From: Vicinamibacteria bacterium
GTDB lineage: Bacteria > Acidobacteriota > Vicinamibacteria > Vicinamibacterales > UBA8438
Reading direction: 5' to 3'
Assembly: GCA_963578805.1 (NCBI GenBank)
Contig: CAUZDY010000002.1
Location: forward strand, 11,954-75,953
Length of the DNA: 64,000 nt
Shown here: positions 23,820-33,486 of the stretch, in pieces
Numbering within the stretch: position 1 is the stretch's first letter
How the letters are laid out: each line of letters opens with the position of its first letter
Made by a program: the position numbers and the translations under genes
Notes under the pieces: model-generated
The model's database searches: none
What the model saw: the letters and a program-made list of their open reading frames with translations, nothing else
Told to the model about the DNA's origin: nothing

Positions 23820-24596
23820 CTACATTCCGGTGATGTTGTAGCCTGCGTCGACCATCATCACTTCACCCGTCACGCCGCGGCTGGATGGTCCGAGGAGAAA
23901 AACCGCGGCGCTCGCCACCTCGGTTGCGTCAACCGTCCGGCCCAACGGAGCAAGGTCCCGGTAGTGCTGGAGGATCTGCGTGAACCCACCGATGCCGGAA
24001 GCCGCCAGCGTCTTAATCGGTCCGGCCGATACAGTATTGGTCCTAATGTTCGACGGTCCCAAATCGCTCGCGAGGTATCGCACCGTCGCTTCCAGCGCGG
24101 CTTTTGCCACACCCATGACGTTGTAGTTCGGGAACACACGCTGGCTTCCCAAGTAGGTTAGGGTGACGATACTTCCGCCACCGCGACGTTCCATGAGCGG
24201 TTTGGCGCCGCGAGCCAGCGCGACCAGCGAGTAGGCACTGACGTTGAGCGCTTGGAGAAAGTCGGGGCGAGTCGTCTGGACGAACGGATTGGAAAGCGAC
24301 TCGCGTGACGCGAAAGCAACACTGTGAACGAGAAAGTCCAAGCCTCCGTGTTCGGTCTCGACCGCCTGATAGAGGGCCTCGATTTCGTCGTCCCTGGCCA
24401 CATCACAGGGTACGAGTTGAGCCGGATGGCTCAGTGTCTTGGCGAGTTCTGTCGCGTTCTTGGCAAACCGCTCGTTGGCATAGCTGAGCGTTAGTTTGGC
24501 CCCAGCCTCGTCCGCAGCCTTTGCTATCACCCAGGCAAGCGAACGCTTGTTGGCAACGCCAACGATCAGACCATTGGTTCCAGTCAGGTCACCCAT
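23820..24596 (-). CDS. fabI: Enoyl-[acyl-carrier-protein] reductase (NADH) FabI
   Basis: GLIVGVANKRSLAWVIAK..., SYLG...Y-x6-K (NYNVMGVAKAALE) SDR catalytic residues, typical FabI length. Confidence 0.95.
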   Translation of the reverse strand: MGDLTGTNGLIVGVANKRSLAWVIAKAADEAGAKLTLSYANERFAKNATELAKTLSHPAQLVPCDVARDDEIEALYQAVETEHGGLDFLVHSVAFASRESLSNPFVQTTRPDFLQALNVSAYSLVALARGAKPLMERRGGGSIVTLTYLGSQRVFPNYNVMGVAKAALEATVRYLASDLGPSNIRTNTVSAGPIKTLAASGIGGFTQILQHYRDLAPLGRTVDATEVASAAVFLLGPSSRGVTGEVMMVDAGYNITGM

Positions 24597-24620
24597 TGCA
24601 ATGGCTCTGGCCGTCCAAAG

Positions 24621-25100
24621 TCAGCGAGATCGACCCTTGTCGCGACGTGATGACGGCGCGCGATTGCCGGAACCCTGACCGCTCTGCCCAGAGTTATCCG
24701 AACGCGGCGACCGCTTCTTATCACCCGATCCGCCGGCCTTCATCGATGCCTTCTGGGATCGACTCCAGCGATCACGAGACCTCTTTTGCTTGTTGGGCTG
24801 TCCAGAATCGCGGACAAAACGTCCGTTTCGGTTCGGGCTCCGACCGGGAGGCGATTCACCTCGCTCCTGTTGGTGCATCGTAAACACCGGTGGCTGCCGT
24901 GGGGCGGGCGGTGTTCCCTCAGGGTGTTTGAGCGTCGCACGAATAAGCGCACGGCGAACCGGCCCCTCATCGCGGTCTTCCGATATCTCAGACACCTCTG
25001 AAGACTCGTTGTCTTCCGGCTCGCCCGGGTCCGCCTCTTCTGGCGGTTGGATTACCGGATTTTGCTCACTCATCGGATCGGTTCGATCCTGTTCACTCAC
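24621..25100 (-). CDS. Low-complexity, predicted disordered protein (acidic N-half, basic Ser/Arg/Gly C-half)
   Basis: ORF only. No motif. A duplicated MSEQ start segment. Could be a non-coding shadow ORF. Confidence 0.3.
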   Translation of the reverse strand: MSEQDRTDPMSEQNPVIQPPEEADPGEPEDNESSEVSEISEDRDEGPVRRALIRATLKHPEGTPPAPRQPPVFTMHQQERGESPPGRSPNRNGRFVRDSGQPNKQKRSRDRWSRSQKASMKAGGSGDKKRSPRSDNSGQSGQGSGNRAPSSRRDKGRSR

Positions 25101-25293
25101 ACTGAAGCCTAAACTGAGTGCGCTGGCACGACCGTTCCTACATGTTATCCGGTGCGTCGTGCCTGACGTTGCTACGGCTTCCCGATGGCGGGAGGCTAAT
25201 ATGGGACGTAAGCGCGCAGGAATTCAAAGTCTAGCAGAGGGCCAGAGCCGAGGCAAACGGCCAAAAATTCTTCCGAAGCGCCTCCCGCCCGGT

Positions 25294-26715
25294 TTACGGG
25301 TCGACGTCACGGCGCTCGTCCTTCTGGCCAACCTGCCGTCGGACCCAAACCCGGTGCTCAGTAAGAGCCGCGGTCACGGCATCTGGATTCGTAGACTGGG
25401 GCGTCCTCCGTGCTTCAATCGAACCACGCCCAGTGATTTTGGTTGCAATGTCCTCGGCGAACAGCTCGTGATAGGCCTGCCACTCGTTTACGGTCAACGT
25501 CTCGAAGTCACGCCCGAGTTCGAGCAGGTCCCGGACGATACCCCCGACAACCTCATGCGCCCGTCGAAAAGGCAGACCACGGTTGACCAAATAGTCAGCG
25601 ACGTCCGTCGCGAGTAGCATGCCGCTGGCTGCTGCCTCACTGCGATCCCCGCGCAGCTCAAGCGTGTCAACGATGGTTGTGGTGGCCCGGAGACAACCCA
25701 ACACCGTTCGCTCTGCGTCGAAAAGCGCCTCCTTGTCTTCCTGAAGATCCTTGTTATAGCCGCTCGGGAGACCCTTCATCGTAGTGAGCAATCCGAGGTG
25801 ATGACCCAGCACACGACCGACCTTCCCCCGCACCAATTCGAGCGGGTCGGGGTTCTTCTTCTGGGGCATTAGGCTGCTACCGGTCGACACAACATCGGCC
25901 AGCTCGAAATACCCGAACTCCTCCCCGGTGAAGATGATCAAGTCCTCGGCCAACCGACTGAGGTGCACCATAATCAGAGCGCACGCGTGTAGAGTCGACG
26001 ACACGAAATCTCGGTCGGCAGCAGCATCGACACTGTTGGTAACAACTCGCGAGAAGCCCAGTCGCTCGGCAAGTGCGGCGAGGTCGACAGCATAACTCGT
26101 CCCGGCCACTGCGCCCGAACCCAGTGGGAGCGCATCCGCATCCTGTCGAGCACCGTCCAGACGAGCGTGGTCCCGCCGCAGGGCCGCGGTATGGGCGAGA
26201 AAAAAATGAGAAACGAGCATCGGCTGCGCTCGCCGTAAATGAGTGTAAGCAGGCATGAGTGCGTGTCCAGCGCCTTCCGCCTGATCAGCAAGGGCCGACA
26301 CCAATTCCGCTACCTGCTGCTGCATGAGCAGAAGGCGGCGGCGCACGTACAGTCGCAAGTCGAGCGAGACCTGCTCGTTGCGCGACCGTCCCGTGTGCAG
26401 GCGCCGTCCGACGTCCCCAACGCGCTCGATCAACTGCCGCTCGACGAACGCGTGCACGTCCTCGTCGTCACCAGTCAGAAAATCGGCATCCTGGCGACCG
26501 AGATCCAGGATTTCGTCCAGGGCATGGTGGATCGTGACCGCGTCGTCCCTCGTCAAGACGCCAGCGTTGGCCAGTGCCTCGACCCAGGCGAGGCTACCTT
26601 CGACGTCATCCTCGAATAGCCGACGGTCGAACGCAAACGACGCCTGGAACTGGAAGACATCCGCGTCAGGAACCTCTGCGAATCGACCCGACCAGAGATG
26701 GGGCTTATCGGTCAT
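25294..26715 (-). CDS. argH: Argininosuccinate lyase
   Basis: WSGRF...; the GSSLMPQKKNPD signature of the fumarate-lyase superfamily; length 473 aa. Confidence 0.95.
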   Translation of the reverse strand: MTDKPHLWSGRFAEVPDADVFQFQASFAFDRRLFEDDVEGSLAWVEALANAGVLTRDDAVTIHHALDEILDLGRQDADFLTGDDEDVHAFVERQLIERVGDVGRRLHTGRSRNEQVSLDLRLYVRRRLLLMQQQVAELVSALADQAEGAGHALMPAYTHLRRAQPMLVSHFFLAHTAALRRDHARLDGARQDADALPLGSGAVAGTSYAVDLAALAERLGFSRVVTNSVDAAADRDFVSSTLHACALIMVHLSRLAEDLIIFTGEEFGYFELADVVSTGSSLMPQKKNPDPLELVRGKVGRVLGHHLGLLTTMKGLPSGYNKDLQEDKEALFDAERTVLGCLRATTTIVDTLELRGDRSEAAASGMLLATDVADYLVNRGLPFRRAHEVVGGIVRDLLELGRDFETLTVNEWQAYHELFAEDIATKITGRGSIEARRTPQSTNPDAVTAALTEHRVWVRRQVGQKDERRDVDP

Positions 26716-27962
26716 CGCTCTCGCGACTCGCCCGAGTCTGACAGTGACGTCTCTGCGACCTGGGGTGCGCCTGATGTGGGGTTCCGTCGGGCGGCAGTTT
26801 CAACCGGAAGTCCCCAAAGCTTGATAAATCCCTCCGCAGCCGCGTGGTCGAACGAGTCACCCTCGTCGTAGGTGGCCAACGATGTGTCATAGAGCGCGTA
26901 GTCGGATCTTCGCCCGACGACACAGCAGTTGCCCCGATACAGCTTGAGGCGCGCCGTCCCGGTGACCCACCGCTGCACGTTGGCGACGAATGCATCGATG
27001 GCTTCGCGGATCGGCGTGAACCACAGACCGTTGTAGACAAGGTCTGCGTAGGTCACCGAAAGGTGGGTCTTCAATCGTTCGAGATCTTTCGGGGTCACCA
27101 GCGCTTCCAGCTCGCGGTGAGCTGCGTGCAGGACGGTGGCCGCAGGCGCCTCGTAGATTTCCCTGGATTTGATACCAACCAGGCGGTTTTCGACCATGTC
27201 GATACGCCCAACACCGTGAGCGCCGGCGATCGTTTCCAGAGAGTTCACCAGTTCAGTCAGCGGCATAGCCACACCGTTCACCGTTGTGGGCACACCGGCC
27301 TCAAAGTCGATTTCGACATAGGCAGGAACATCCGGACACTGGGTCGGGGACTTGGTGAGGGTATAGATATCCTCCGGCGGCTCGGTCCACGGGTCTTCGA
27401 GCACGCCACACTCGATCGATCGCCCCCACAGGTTGGAATCGGTGCTGTAAGGGCTTTCGACCGTCGTGGGCACCTGGATCTCATGCTCTCGCGCATACTC
27501 GATCTCATCGGGGCGCGTCATACCCCACTCACGCGCCGGCGCTACGACGCCTATCGTCGGATCGAGTGCCCGCGCTGAAACATCCATCCGCACCTGGTCG
27601 TTGCCCTTGCCAGTGCACCCGTGGGCGATCATGCTGGCGCCCTCGAAATGCGCCACCTCCACGAGCTTCTTGGCGATCAGTGGCCTACCGAGCGCGGTCG
27701 CCATCGGATACTTCCCCTCGTATAGAGCCCCGGCTTGCAACGCAGGCAAGATGTAGTCCCGCGCAAACTCCTCCCGTACGTCGACGACGTGAGCCCGAAT
27801 CGCCCCAACCGCCAGCGCCCGCTCGCGAATATCATCAAGCTCCCTGCCCTGACCAAGGTCCATCGTCACAGCCACGATTTCGGCATCGTATTTGTCGGCG
27901 AGCCATTTCACCGCGATGGATGTGTCCAAACCACCCGAGTACGCCAAGACGATTCGTTCCAT
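26712..27962 (-). CDS. argG: Argininosuccinate synthase
   Basis: The AYSGGLDTS ATP-PPase motif and GCTGKGNDQVR. Start placed at Met 27962, preceded by GGAAGGGAG. Confidence 0.95.
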   Translation of the reverse strand: MERIVLAYSGGLDTSIAVKWLADKYDAEIVAVTMDLGQGRELDDIRERALAVGAIRAHVVDVREEFARDYILPALQAGALYEGKYPMATALGRPLIAKKLVEVAHFEGASMIAHGCTGKGNDQVRMDVSARALDPTIGVVAPAREWGMTRPDEIEYAREHEIQVPTTVESPYSTDSNLWGRSIECGVLEDPWTEPPEDIYTLTKSPTQCPDVPAYVEIDFEAGVPTTVNGVAMPLTELVNSLETIAGAHGVGRIDMVENRLVGIKSREIYEAPAATVLHAAHRELEALVTPKDLERLKTHLSVTYADLVYNGLWFTPIREAIDAFVANVQRWVTGTARLKLYRGNCCVVGRRSDYALYDTSLATYDEGDSFDHAAAEGFIKLWGLPVETAARRNPTSGAPQVAETSLSDSGESRER

Positions 27963-28010
27963 GAAAACTTTTCTCCCTTCCACCCCTCAGCGTCGACCTT
28001 GATACCGCTC

Positions 28011-28463
28011 CTACCCTCGAGCCCACCCTTCGAAGAGTCTTGTAACTTCTCGGCCGGCGCGCGCATGGCGGGTAATTACGAAAATGGTGTCGTCGCCCGC
28101 CACCGTTCCGACCACCTCTCTGATTCGCGCACGGTCAATCGCCAACGCTAACGGTTGGGCTAATCCGGCATCGGTACGGAGCACCAATAGCTGTTGCACC
28201 TGATCTACGCTACGCATGTAGTCGACAACGGCCCGCCGCACAGCGGCGTCGGTACTCGCCCGACTGCCGATCGACTCGCCAACCCTCTGATACGCTCCGT
28301 CGGCGGCTTGCTTAACCAGTCGAAGCTCTTTGATATCTCGCGAGATCGTGGCCTGGGTCGCGTTGAACCCCCTGACCCTGAGCCGCCGCCGTAACTCGTC
28401 TTGACTGCCGATCGACTCGCGAGTCACAAGATCAAGAATCGCCGACTGCCTATAGTGTTTCAT
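28011..28463 (-). CDS. argR: Arginine repressor ArgR/AhrC
   Basis: RQSAILDLV...SQDELRRRL...GFNATQATISRDIKELRLVK wHTH, and a C-terminal oligomerisation domain with GTVAGDDTIFV. Confidence 0.95.
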   Translation of the reverse strand: MKHYRQSAILDLVTRESIGSQDELRRRLRVRGFNATQATISRDIKELRLVKQAADGAYQRVGESIGSRASTDAAVRRAVVDYMRSVDQVQQLLVLRTDAGLAQPLALAIDRARIREVVGTVAGDDTIFVITRHARAGREVTRLFEGWARG

Positions 28464-28477
28464 TTTTTATTCGCTAT

Positions 28478-28495
28478 AGTGAATTATTATACATA
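28478..28495. promoter_or_regulatory. ARG-box-like operator AGTGAATTATTATACATA
   Basis: One core mismatch to the E. coli 18-bp ARG box (A/T)nTGAAT(A/T)4ATTCAn(A/T). Lies 15 nt upstream of the argR start, inside the argR/argC divergent AT-rich region. Confidence 0.55.
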
Positions 28496-28568
28496 TGCTA
28501 AACATTGAACGCAATGCAGTTCCATGCCTATTAAAACCTACTTAAGAGACAGTAGCCCTCGTTTTAGC

Positions 28569-28597
28569 TTGACCTAAGAGCTTTCGTATTGTATAAA
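28569..28597 (+). promoter_or_regulatory. Sigma70-type promoter TTGACC-N17-TATAAA for argCBD-GNAT-argJF, overlapped by AT-rich imperfect palindromes
   Basis: Seen directly. GTATAAAAAATAC (28591-28603) is palindromic and overlaps the -10. AGGA RBS 7 nt before the GTG at 28639. Confidence 0.5.
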
Positions 28598-28638
28598 AAA
28601 TACTTGTATCGCATAAATATCCATTTCCAGGATCTCGC

Positions 28639-29625
28639 GTGAGGCTCCGAATCGGAGTGGTGGGCGCCACGGGATATGGAGGACAGGAGCTCATTCGGCT
28701 CCTGGCCCGTCATTCCCGTGCCGAGGTTGCCGTAGCTATGACGTCACGCGTGGGCGATGAAACGCGGACGTTGCCAGGCCTTACCCACATTTGGGACGGA
28801 GACCTGACCGCGTTCTCACTTGAGCGTCTCGCCTCAGATACCGATGTGGTCTTTCTCGCACTTCCTCACACCGCCAGCGCGGGGCTCGCCGGCGATCTAC
28901 TGTCGCGGGGTCGGCGAGTGTTTGACCTTTCCGGGGCGTTTAGGCTTCGCGATGTTGAGAATCGAAGGCATTGGTATCCGGAGACGCCGCAGCTCGAATC
29001 CTTGGCGGTATACGGCCTGACCGAGCGGCGGAGAGAGGCGCTCCGCGACGCGCGATTCGTCACGTGCCCTGGTTGTTATCCCACCGCTGCGTTGCTCGCA
29101 CTCGAACCGTTGGTGGAGGCCGGTCTCCTGGTGGGCGATGTCACCATCGACGCGAAATCTGGGATTTCGGGTGCGGGTCAAAAGCCAAGCCGCCGCACGC
29201 ACTTTTCGGAATGCCATGGGAACGTGGTCGCGTACGGCATCTTTGCTCATCGGCACGGAGCCGAAATTGAGCAGGAGCTGGCCCGTCCGGTGACGTTTGT
29301 GCCGCATCTCGTCCCTCTGGATCGAGGGATTCTTGAGACGATCTACACACGAGTCGAGCCCACAACGTCGGAGGCGACGATTGCAGCCGTCTTTGAACAG
29401 GCCTATGCGCATGCGCCGTTCGTCCGGTTGCGAGGTCAGACAAACCCAGAAATTTCACATGTCGTCCACACGAACTACTGCGACATCGGGTGGACGCTCG
29501 ACGCGGCGAGTGGACGCCTCGTCGTAGTCTCATGCTTGGACAATCTCGTCAAGGGTGCGGCCGGACAGGCACTGCAAAATCTGAACGTTGTATTCGGGTT
29601 TGACGAGACCGACGGGCTGAAATAG
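28639..29625 (+). CDS. argC: N-acetyl-gamma-glutamyl-phosphate reductase
   Basis: VVGATGYGGQELIRLL, active-site PGCYPTA. Confidence 0.95.
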   Translation: MRLRIGVVGATGYGGQELIRLLARHSRAEVAVAMTSRVGDETRTLPGLTHIWDGDLTAFSLERLASDTDVVFLALPHTASAGLAGDLLSRGRRVFDLSGAFRLRDVENRRHWYPETPQLESLAVYGLTERRREALRDARFVTCPGCYPTAALLALEPLVEAGLLVGDVTIDAKSGISGAGQKPSRRTHFSECHGNVVAYGIFAHRHGAEIEQELARPVTFVPHLVPLDRGILETIYTRVEPTTSEATIAAVFEQAYAHAPFVRLRGQTNPEISHVVHTNYCDIGWTLDAASGRLVVVSCLDNLVKGAAGQALQNLNVVFGFDETDGLK

Positions 29626-29648
29626 CCCCTCGACTGGGAGCACGCTCC

Positions 29649-30482
29649 ATGGGCGGCCGCACGCTAATACCAAGACGAACGCCGATTCTCGTCAAGTTGG
29701 GAGGCGAGCTGTTGGAGGAACCACGGCGGCTCCGCCGGCTCGCCAAGGCGCTGGTCGCAGCGAATGCCGGTCGCCCTATCGTGGTCGTCCACGGCGGGGG
29801 ACACGAAGTCGATACAGAAATGGCAAGGCTCGGAATTGCCAACCGGGCGATTGACGGGCTGCGACTCACAGATTCCGCAACGCTGGATGTCGTGGTGGGC
29901 GTGTTGGCTGGCCGGGTGAACACACGACTGGTTGCGGCCATCGGAGCCGCGGGGGGACGTCCAGTGGGGCTCACGGGAGCCGATGCCGGAATCGCCCGAG
30001 TGCGGCGAGCGAGGCGATATCGTGGATCTGACGGATCATCAGTCGACCTTGGCTTTGTTGGCCTACCCGAAAGCGATGAGACACCAGCACTCATCGGTGC
30101 CCTCATCCGAGACGGCTATATGCCGGTCATAGCCAGTGTCGGATGCGACGCCGTCGGACATCTGTTCAACGTGAACGCCGACACGCTTGCGGGAAATCTC
30201 GCACCACGGATTGGAGCGCGGCAACTGATTATTGCGGGCACGACGCCCGGCGTGCTCGATCCAACAGGTAGGACGATCCCGCTCGTCGACGACGAGTGCC
30301 TCGTTAACCTGATTCGAGAAAAACAGGCAAGTGCCGGCATGGTCGCCAAGCTGCGTGCCTGTCAGGCAGCACATATGGGCGGAGTTACTCGCGTCGAGAT
30401 CGTGGACGGCAGGCGGGCCACCTTTCTCGACCACAAACGACGGCGGGGCGTCACCCGAGTCACGGGTCACCGCGAAGCCTGA
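29649..30482 (+). CDS. argB: Acetylglutamate kinase
   Basis: ILVKLGGELL..., VVVHGGG..., amino-acid kinase family pattern in an arg-operon context. Confidence 0.9.
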   Translation: MGGRTLIPRRTPILVKLGGELLEEPRRLRRLAKALVAANAGRPIVVVHGGGHEVDTEMARLGIANRAIDGLRLTDSATLDVVVGVLAGRVNTRLVAAIGAAGGRPVGLTGADAGIARVRRARRYRGSDGSSVDLGFVGLPESDETPALIGALIRDGYMPVIASVGCDAVGHLFNVNADTLAGNLAPRIGARQLIIAGTTPGVLDPTGRTIPLVDDECLVNLIREKQASAGMVAKLRACQAAHMGGVTRVEIVDGRRATFLDHKRRRGVTRVTGHREA

Positions 30483-30530
30483 CCGTGCACAACGACCACG
30501 GACCAATTAGCAACCAAGGATAAGGACACC

Positions 30531-31742
30531 ATGACGATAGATGTCAACCAAGTAAAACAGGTTGAGGCCACCTACGTGCTCCAGGTCTATCGCCGGATCC
30601 CCGTGGTGCTCGTTCGGGGTGAGGGATCACGCGTGTACGACGCCGACGGCAAGGAGTACATCGACCTGCTGTCTGGTATCGGTGTCGCGTCGCTCGGCCA
30701 CGCCCACCCTGTACTCGCAGACGCCATCGCGGCCCAAGCACACGAACTACTGCACACATCCAATCTCTTCTTCCATCCGCTCCAAGGTCAGGTCGCCTCA
30801 GCGCTGGCCAGCCTGTCCGGTTTGACCCGGACATTCTTCACAAACAGCGGCACCGAGGCGGTCGAGGCCTGCCTGAAGTTCGCGCGGCGCTACTGGTTCA
30901 AGAATGGATCGCCGTCGAGAACGGAGCTGATCGCCCTTGACCGGTCCTTCCATGGCCGGACGTTTGGATCACTCTCCGTCACCTCTGAAGCCTCGTATCG
31001 TAAGCCGTTTGAACCACTGGTTCCTGGTGTGACATTCGTGTCCCCGGACGATCCCGAATCGCTGCATCGGGCCGTCTCTGGCAGGACCGCCGCGATCATT
31101 GTGGAGCCGATTCAAGGAGAGGGAGGCATCTGGCCTCTCTCCCCCGCCATGGCCGATGTAATCCGAACCGTGTGTGCGGATACCGGAACGTTGCTCATAG
31201 CGGACGAAATCCAATGCGGCCTGGGTAGGACTGGCCGTCCCTTCCATTCAGCCACCCTTGACCTGCGACCCGATCTGATGCCGCTGGGAAAATCGCTGGG
31301 TGGTGGTGTACCTGTAGGTGCCGCCTTGATGACCGAACGCGTCGCCGAGGCTATCGCATTTGGCGACCACGGCAGCACGTATGGCGGCAACTTGCTGGCC
31401 TGTCGTGCGGCGCTCGTGTTTCTCGACGCGCTTCAGGCAGGACTCATTGACCGCGTGAACACGGCTGGAGCCCGTTTAGAAGCTGGATTACGAACACTCG
31501 CAGAAAGATATACCGCGATCAGAGAGATCCGCGGAGCTGGCCTCATGTGGGGACTCGACGTCGATAAGACGGTAGCCGAGGTGATCGTAGGAGCCGCCCT
31601 CGACCAGGGGTTAATCATCAATCGCACAGCTGACACCGTCATCAGACTGTTGCCGCCGTTGACAATCAGCAACGACGATATCGATGCGGGGCTCACCCGG
31701 CTCGACCGCGCCATTGAAACGGTAACTGCGGGGACAACATGA
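30531..31742 (+). CDS. argD: Acetylornithine aminotransferase
   Basis: FFTNSGTEAVE..., LIADEIQCGLGRTG..., class-III aminotransferase motifs, arg context. Confidence 0.9.
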   Translation: MTIDVNQVKQVEATYVLQVYRRIPVVLVRGEGSRVYDADGKEYIDLLSGIGVASLGHAHPVLADAIAAQAHELLHTSNLFFHPLQGQVASALASLSGLTRTFFTNSGTEAVEACLKFARRYWFKNGSPSRTELIALDRSFHGRTFGSLSVTSEASYRKPFEPLVPGVTFVSPDDPESLHRAVSGRTAAIIVEPIQGEGGIWPLSPAMADVIRTVCADTGTLLIADEIQCGLGRTGRPFHSATLDLRPDLMPLGKSLGGGVPVGAALMTERVAEAIAFGDHGSTYGGNLLACRAALVFLDALQAGLIDRVNTAGARLEAGLRTLAERYTAIREIRGAGLMWGLDVDKTVAEVIVGAALDQGLIINRTADTVIRLLPPLTISNDDIDAGLTRLDRAIETVTAGTT

Positions 31743-32266
31743 CTGCCGCGACGGTAGGGGTAGAGGCACGACGACAATCCGAGTCGAGCGGCGTGATCGT
31801 GAGACCGGCGGCGCCTGAGGAAGCGGCAGCCGTATTTCACTTGATCACCGACAATCTGGAAAGCGGCCATCTACTGCCTCGTCCCCTCGGTGAAATCGTC
31901 CTGCACATTCCGCGGATTCTGGTGGCGGCTGGACCGACCGGAGTCGTGGGCTGCGCGGAGCTGACCCGTCTTGGGCCAAACCTTGCCGAGGTTCGGTCGC
32001 TGGTCGTGGCGGAGGCCCATCGAGGTCACGGCGTGGGTACACGCCTCCTGCGCCAGGTCGTCGAGACAGCTCGGGAGCAGAGGTATACCAAGCTCAGCGC
32101 GTTTGCGTACAATCCGCGGCCATTCGTCCAACTAGGCTTCTCGATCGTGCCGCACCCTTGGGTCCCCGAAAAAATCTCAACCGATTGCCATCGATGTGTC
32201 TGGTTCCGGCACTGCCAACAATACGCGGTGGTGCTCGACGTGAAGTCAAAGGTGGTGAAGACGTGA
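31739..32266 (+). CDS. GNAT acetyltransferase embedded in the arg operon (short N-acetylglutamate-synthase-like)
   Basis: LVVAEAHRGHGVGTRLLRQVV is GNAT motif A. Overlaps argD (ATGA) and argJ (GTGA). Cys-rich tail CHRCVWFRHC. Confidence 0.7.
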   Translation: MTAATVGVEARRQSESSGVIVRPAAPEEAAAVFHLITDNLESGHLLPRPLGEIVLHIPRILVAAGPTGVVGCAELTRLGPNLAEVRSLVVAEAHRGHGVGTRLLRQVVETAREQRYTKLSAFAYNPRPFVQLGFSIVPHPWVPEKISTDCHRCVWFRHCQQYAVVLDVKSKVVKT

Positions 32267-33486
32267 ACACACTGGACACGGGCAACGTCGACACGATCGA
32301 CGGGGGCATCACCGCAGCTGAGGGATTCCGGGCCGCCGCGGTTTCGTGCGGCATCAAGACTGATGCGCTGGATCTCGCCCTCATCGTCTCGGACGTATCC
32401 GCTAGCGCCGCGGGCGTGTTCACGACCAACCGCGCCGTCGCGGCTCCGGTCGTCGTGTGTAGGGAGCATCTCGAGCGGTCGGGAGGCATCGTTCGCGCTG
32501 TCGCCGTGAATAGTGGGTGTGCAAACGCCTGCACCGGTCCGGCCGGGTTGGCGGCATCTCGTCAGATGGCTGAAGCCGTAGCAGTAGCTGTAACCTGCCC
32601 GGTCGAGCAGGCACTTGTGGCCTCGACCGGGGTCATTGGGCTTCCGCTCGAAGTTGGCAAAATTAGATCCGGAATCACCGCCGCCGCGGGCAAACTCGAC
32701 CGCTCTTCGAACCGTGCGGCGGCCGTCGCGATCATGACGACCGACCGCGCTCCAAAAGAGACCGCGGTTCGGGTTCGTGTGCCCGCCGGTTCGTTCGTGG
32801 TCGGAGGGATGGTGAAGGGATCAGGCATGATCGAGCCGAGAATGGCCACGATGCTCGGCTTCCTCACCACCGATGTCTCGATCGATCCGGTGCGGCTGCG
32901 GCAGGCTCTCGTCTCGGTCACGGACGAAACTTTCAACGCTATCACGGTAGATGGCGAGTGCTCGACGAACGATTCGGTGTTTCTCGTCGCGAACGGAGCC
33001 AGCGGTGTGGAGGTTGACGAGACTGTCTACCCACTCTTTGTGGCCGGACTCAAGCACGTTTGCTCCGCGCTGGCCCGCGAAATCGTTCGCGGAGGTGAGG
33101 GCGCGACAAAGCTGGTCACCATTCACGTGACCGGCGCCGGTACACTCAACGACGCCAAGCGGGCCGCCCGAGCGATCGCCAACTCTCCACTGGTCAAGAC
33201 GGCAATCCACGGCGGTGACCCGAACTGGGGGCGTCTGGTTGCGGTGGCCGGTCGAGCCGGCGTTGCGTTCGAGCCCAGCCGTGCCAGCGTGCGTATCGGT
33301 CCCGCAATACTGTATGAACACGACACCATCTGGGCGGATCGAGAGCCGGAGGCCGCGAACCACATGCGTGGACGTGAAATTGAGGTTGAGGTGAACCTGG
33401 GCACAGACGGCGAAGCGGACGCGACCGTCTGGACCTGCGACCTGAGCGCGGAGTACGTTCGAATCAACGCGGACTATCGGACATGA
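32263..33486 (+). CDS. argJ: Bifunctional ornithine acetyltransferase / N-acetylglutamate synthase ArgJ
   Basis: GFRAAAVSCGIK..., ...ATMLGFLTTD (autoproteolytic ATML/T site), ...INADYRT C-terminus. Start set to GTG 32263, overlapping the upstream TGA. Confidence 0.9.
   Translation: MNTLDTGNVDTIDGGITAAEGFRAAAVSCGIKTDALDLALIVSDVSASAAGVFTTNRAVAAPVVVCREHLERSGGIVRAVAVNSGCANACTGPAGLAASRQMAEAVAVAVTCPVEQALVASTGVIGLPLEVGKIRSGITAAAGKLDRSSNRAAAVAIMTTDRAPKETAVRVRVPAGSFVVGGMVKGSGMIEPRMATMLGFLTTDVSIDPVRLRQALVSVTDETFNAITVDGECSTNDSVFLVANGASGVEVDETVYPLFVAGLKHVCSALAREIVRGGEGATKLVTIHVTGAGTLNDAKRAARAIANSPLVKTAIHGGDPNWGRLVAVAGRAGVAFEPSRASVRIGPAILYEHDTIWADREPEAANHMRGREIEVEVNLGTDGEADATVWTCDLSAEYVRINADYRT

Noticed and set aside
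24790-25617. Long antisense/shadow ORFs (for example 24790..25617+, 29549..30106-, 32821..33522-, 35773..36399+, 38168..38944-, 63129..63967-)
   Set aside because: Each lies opposite a gene with strong family motifs and has a low-complexity Arg/Ser/Pro-rich translation typical of out-of-frame reading of GC-rich coding DNA.
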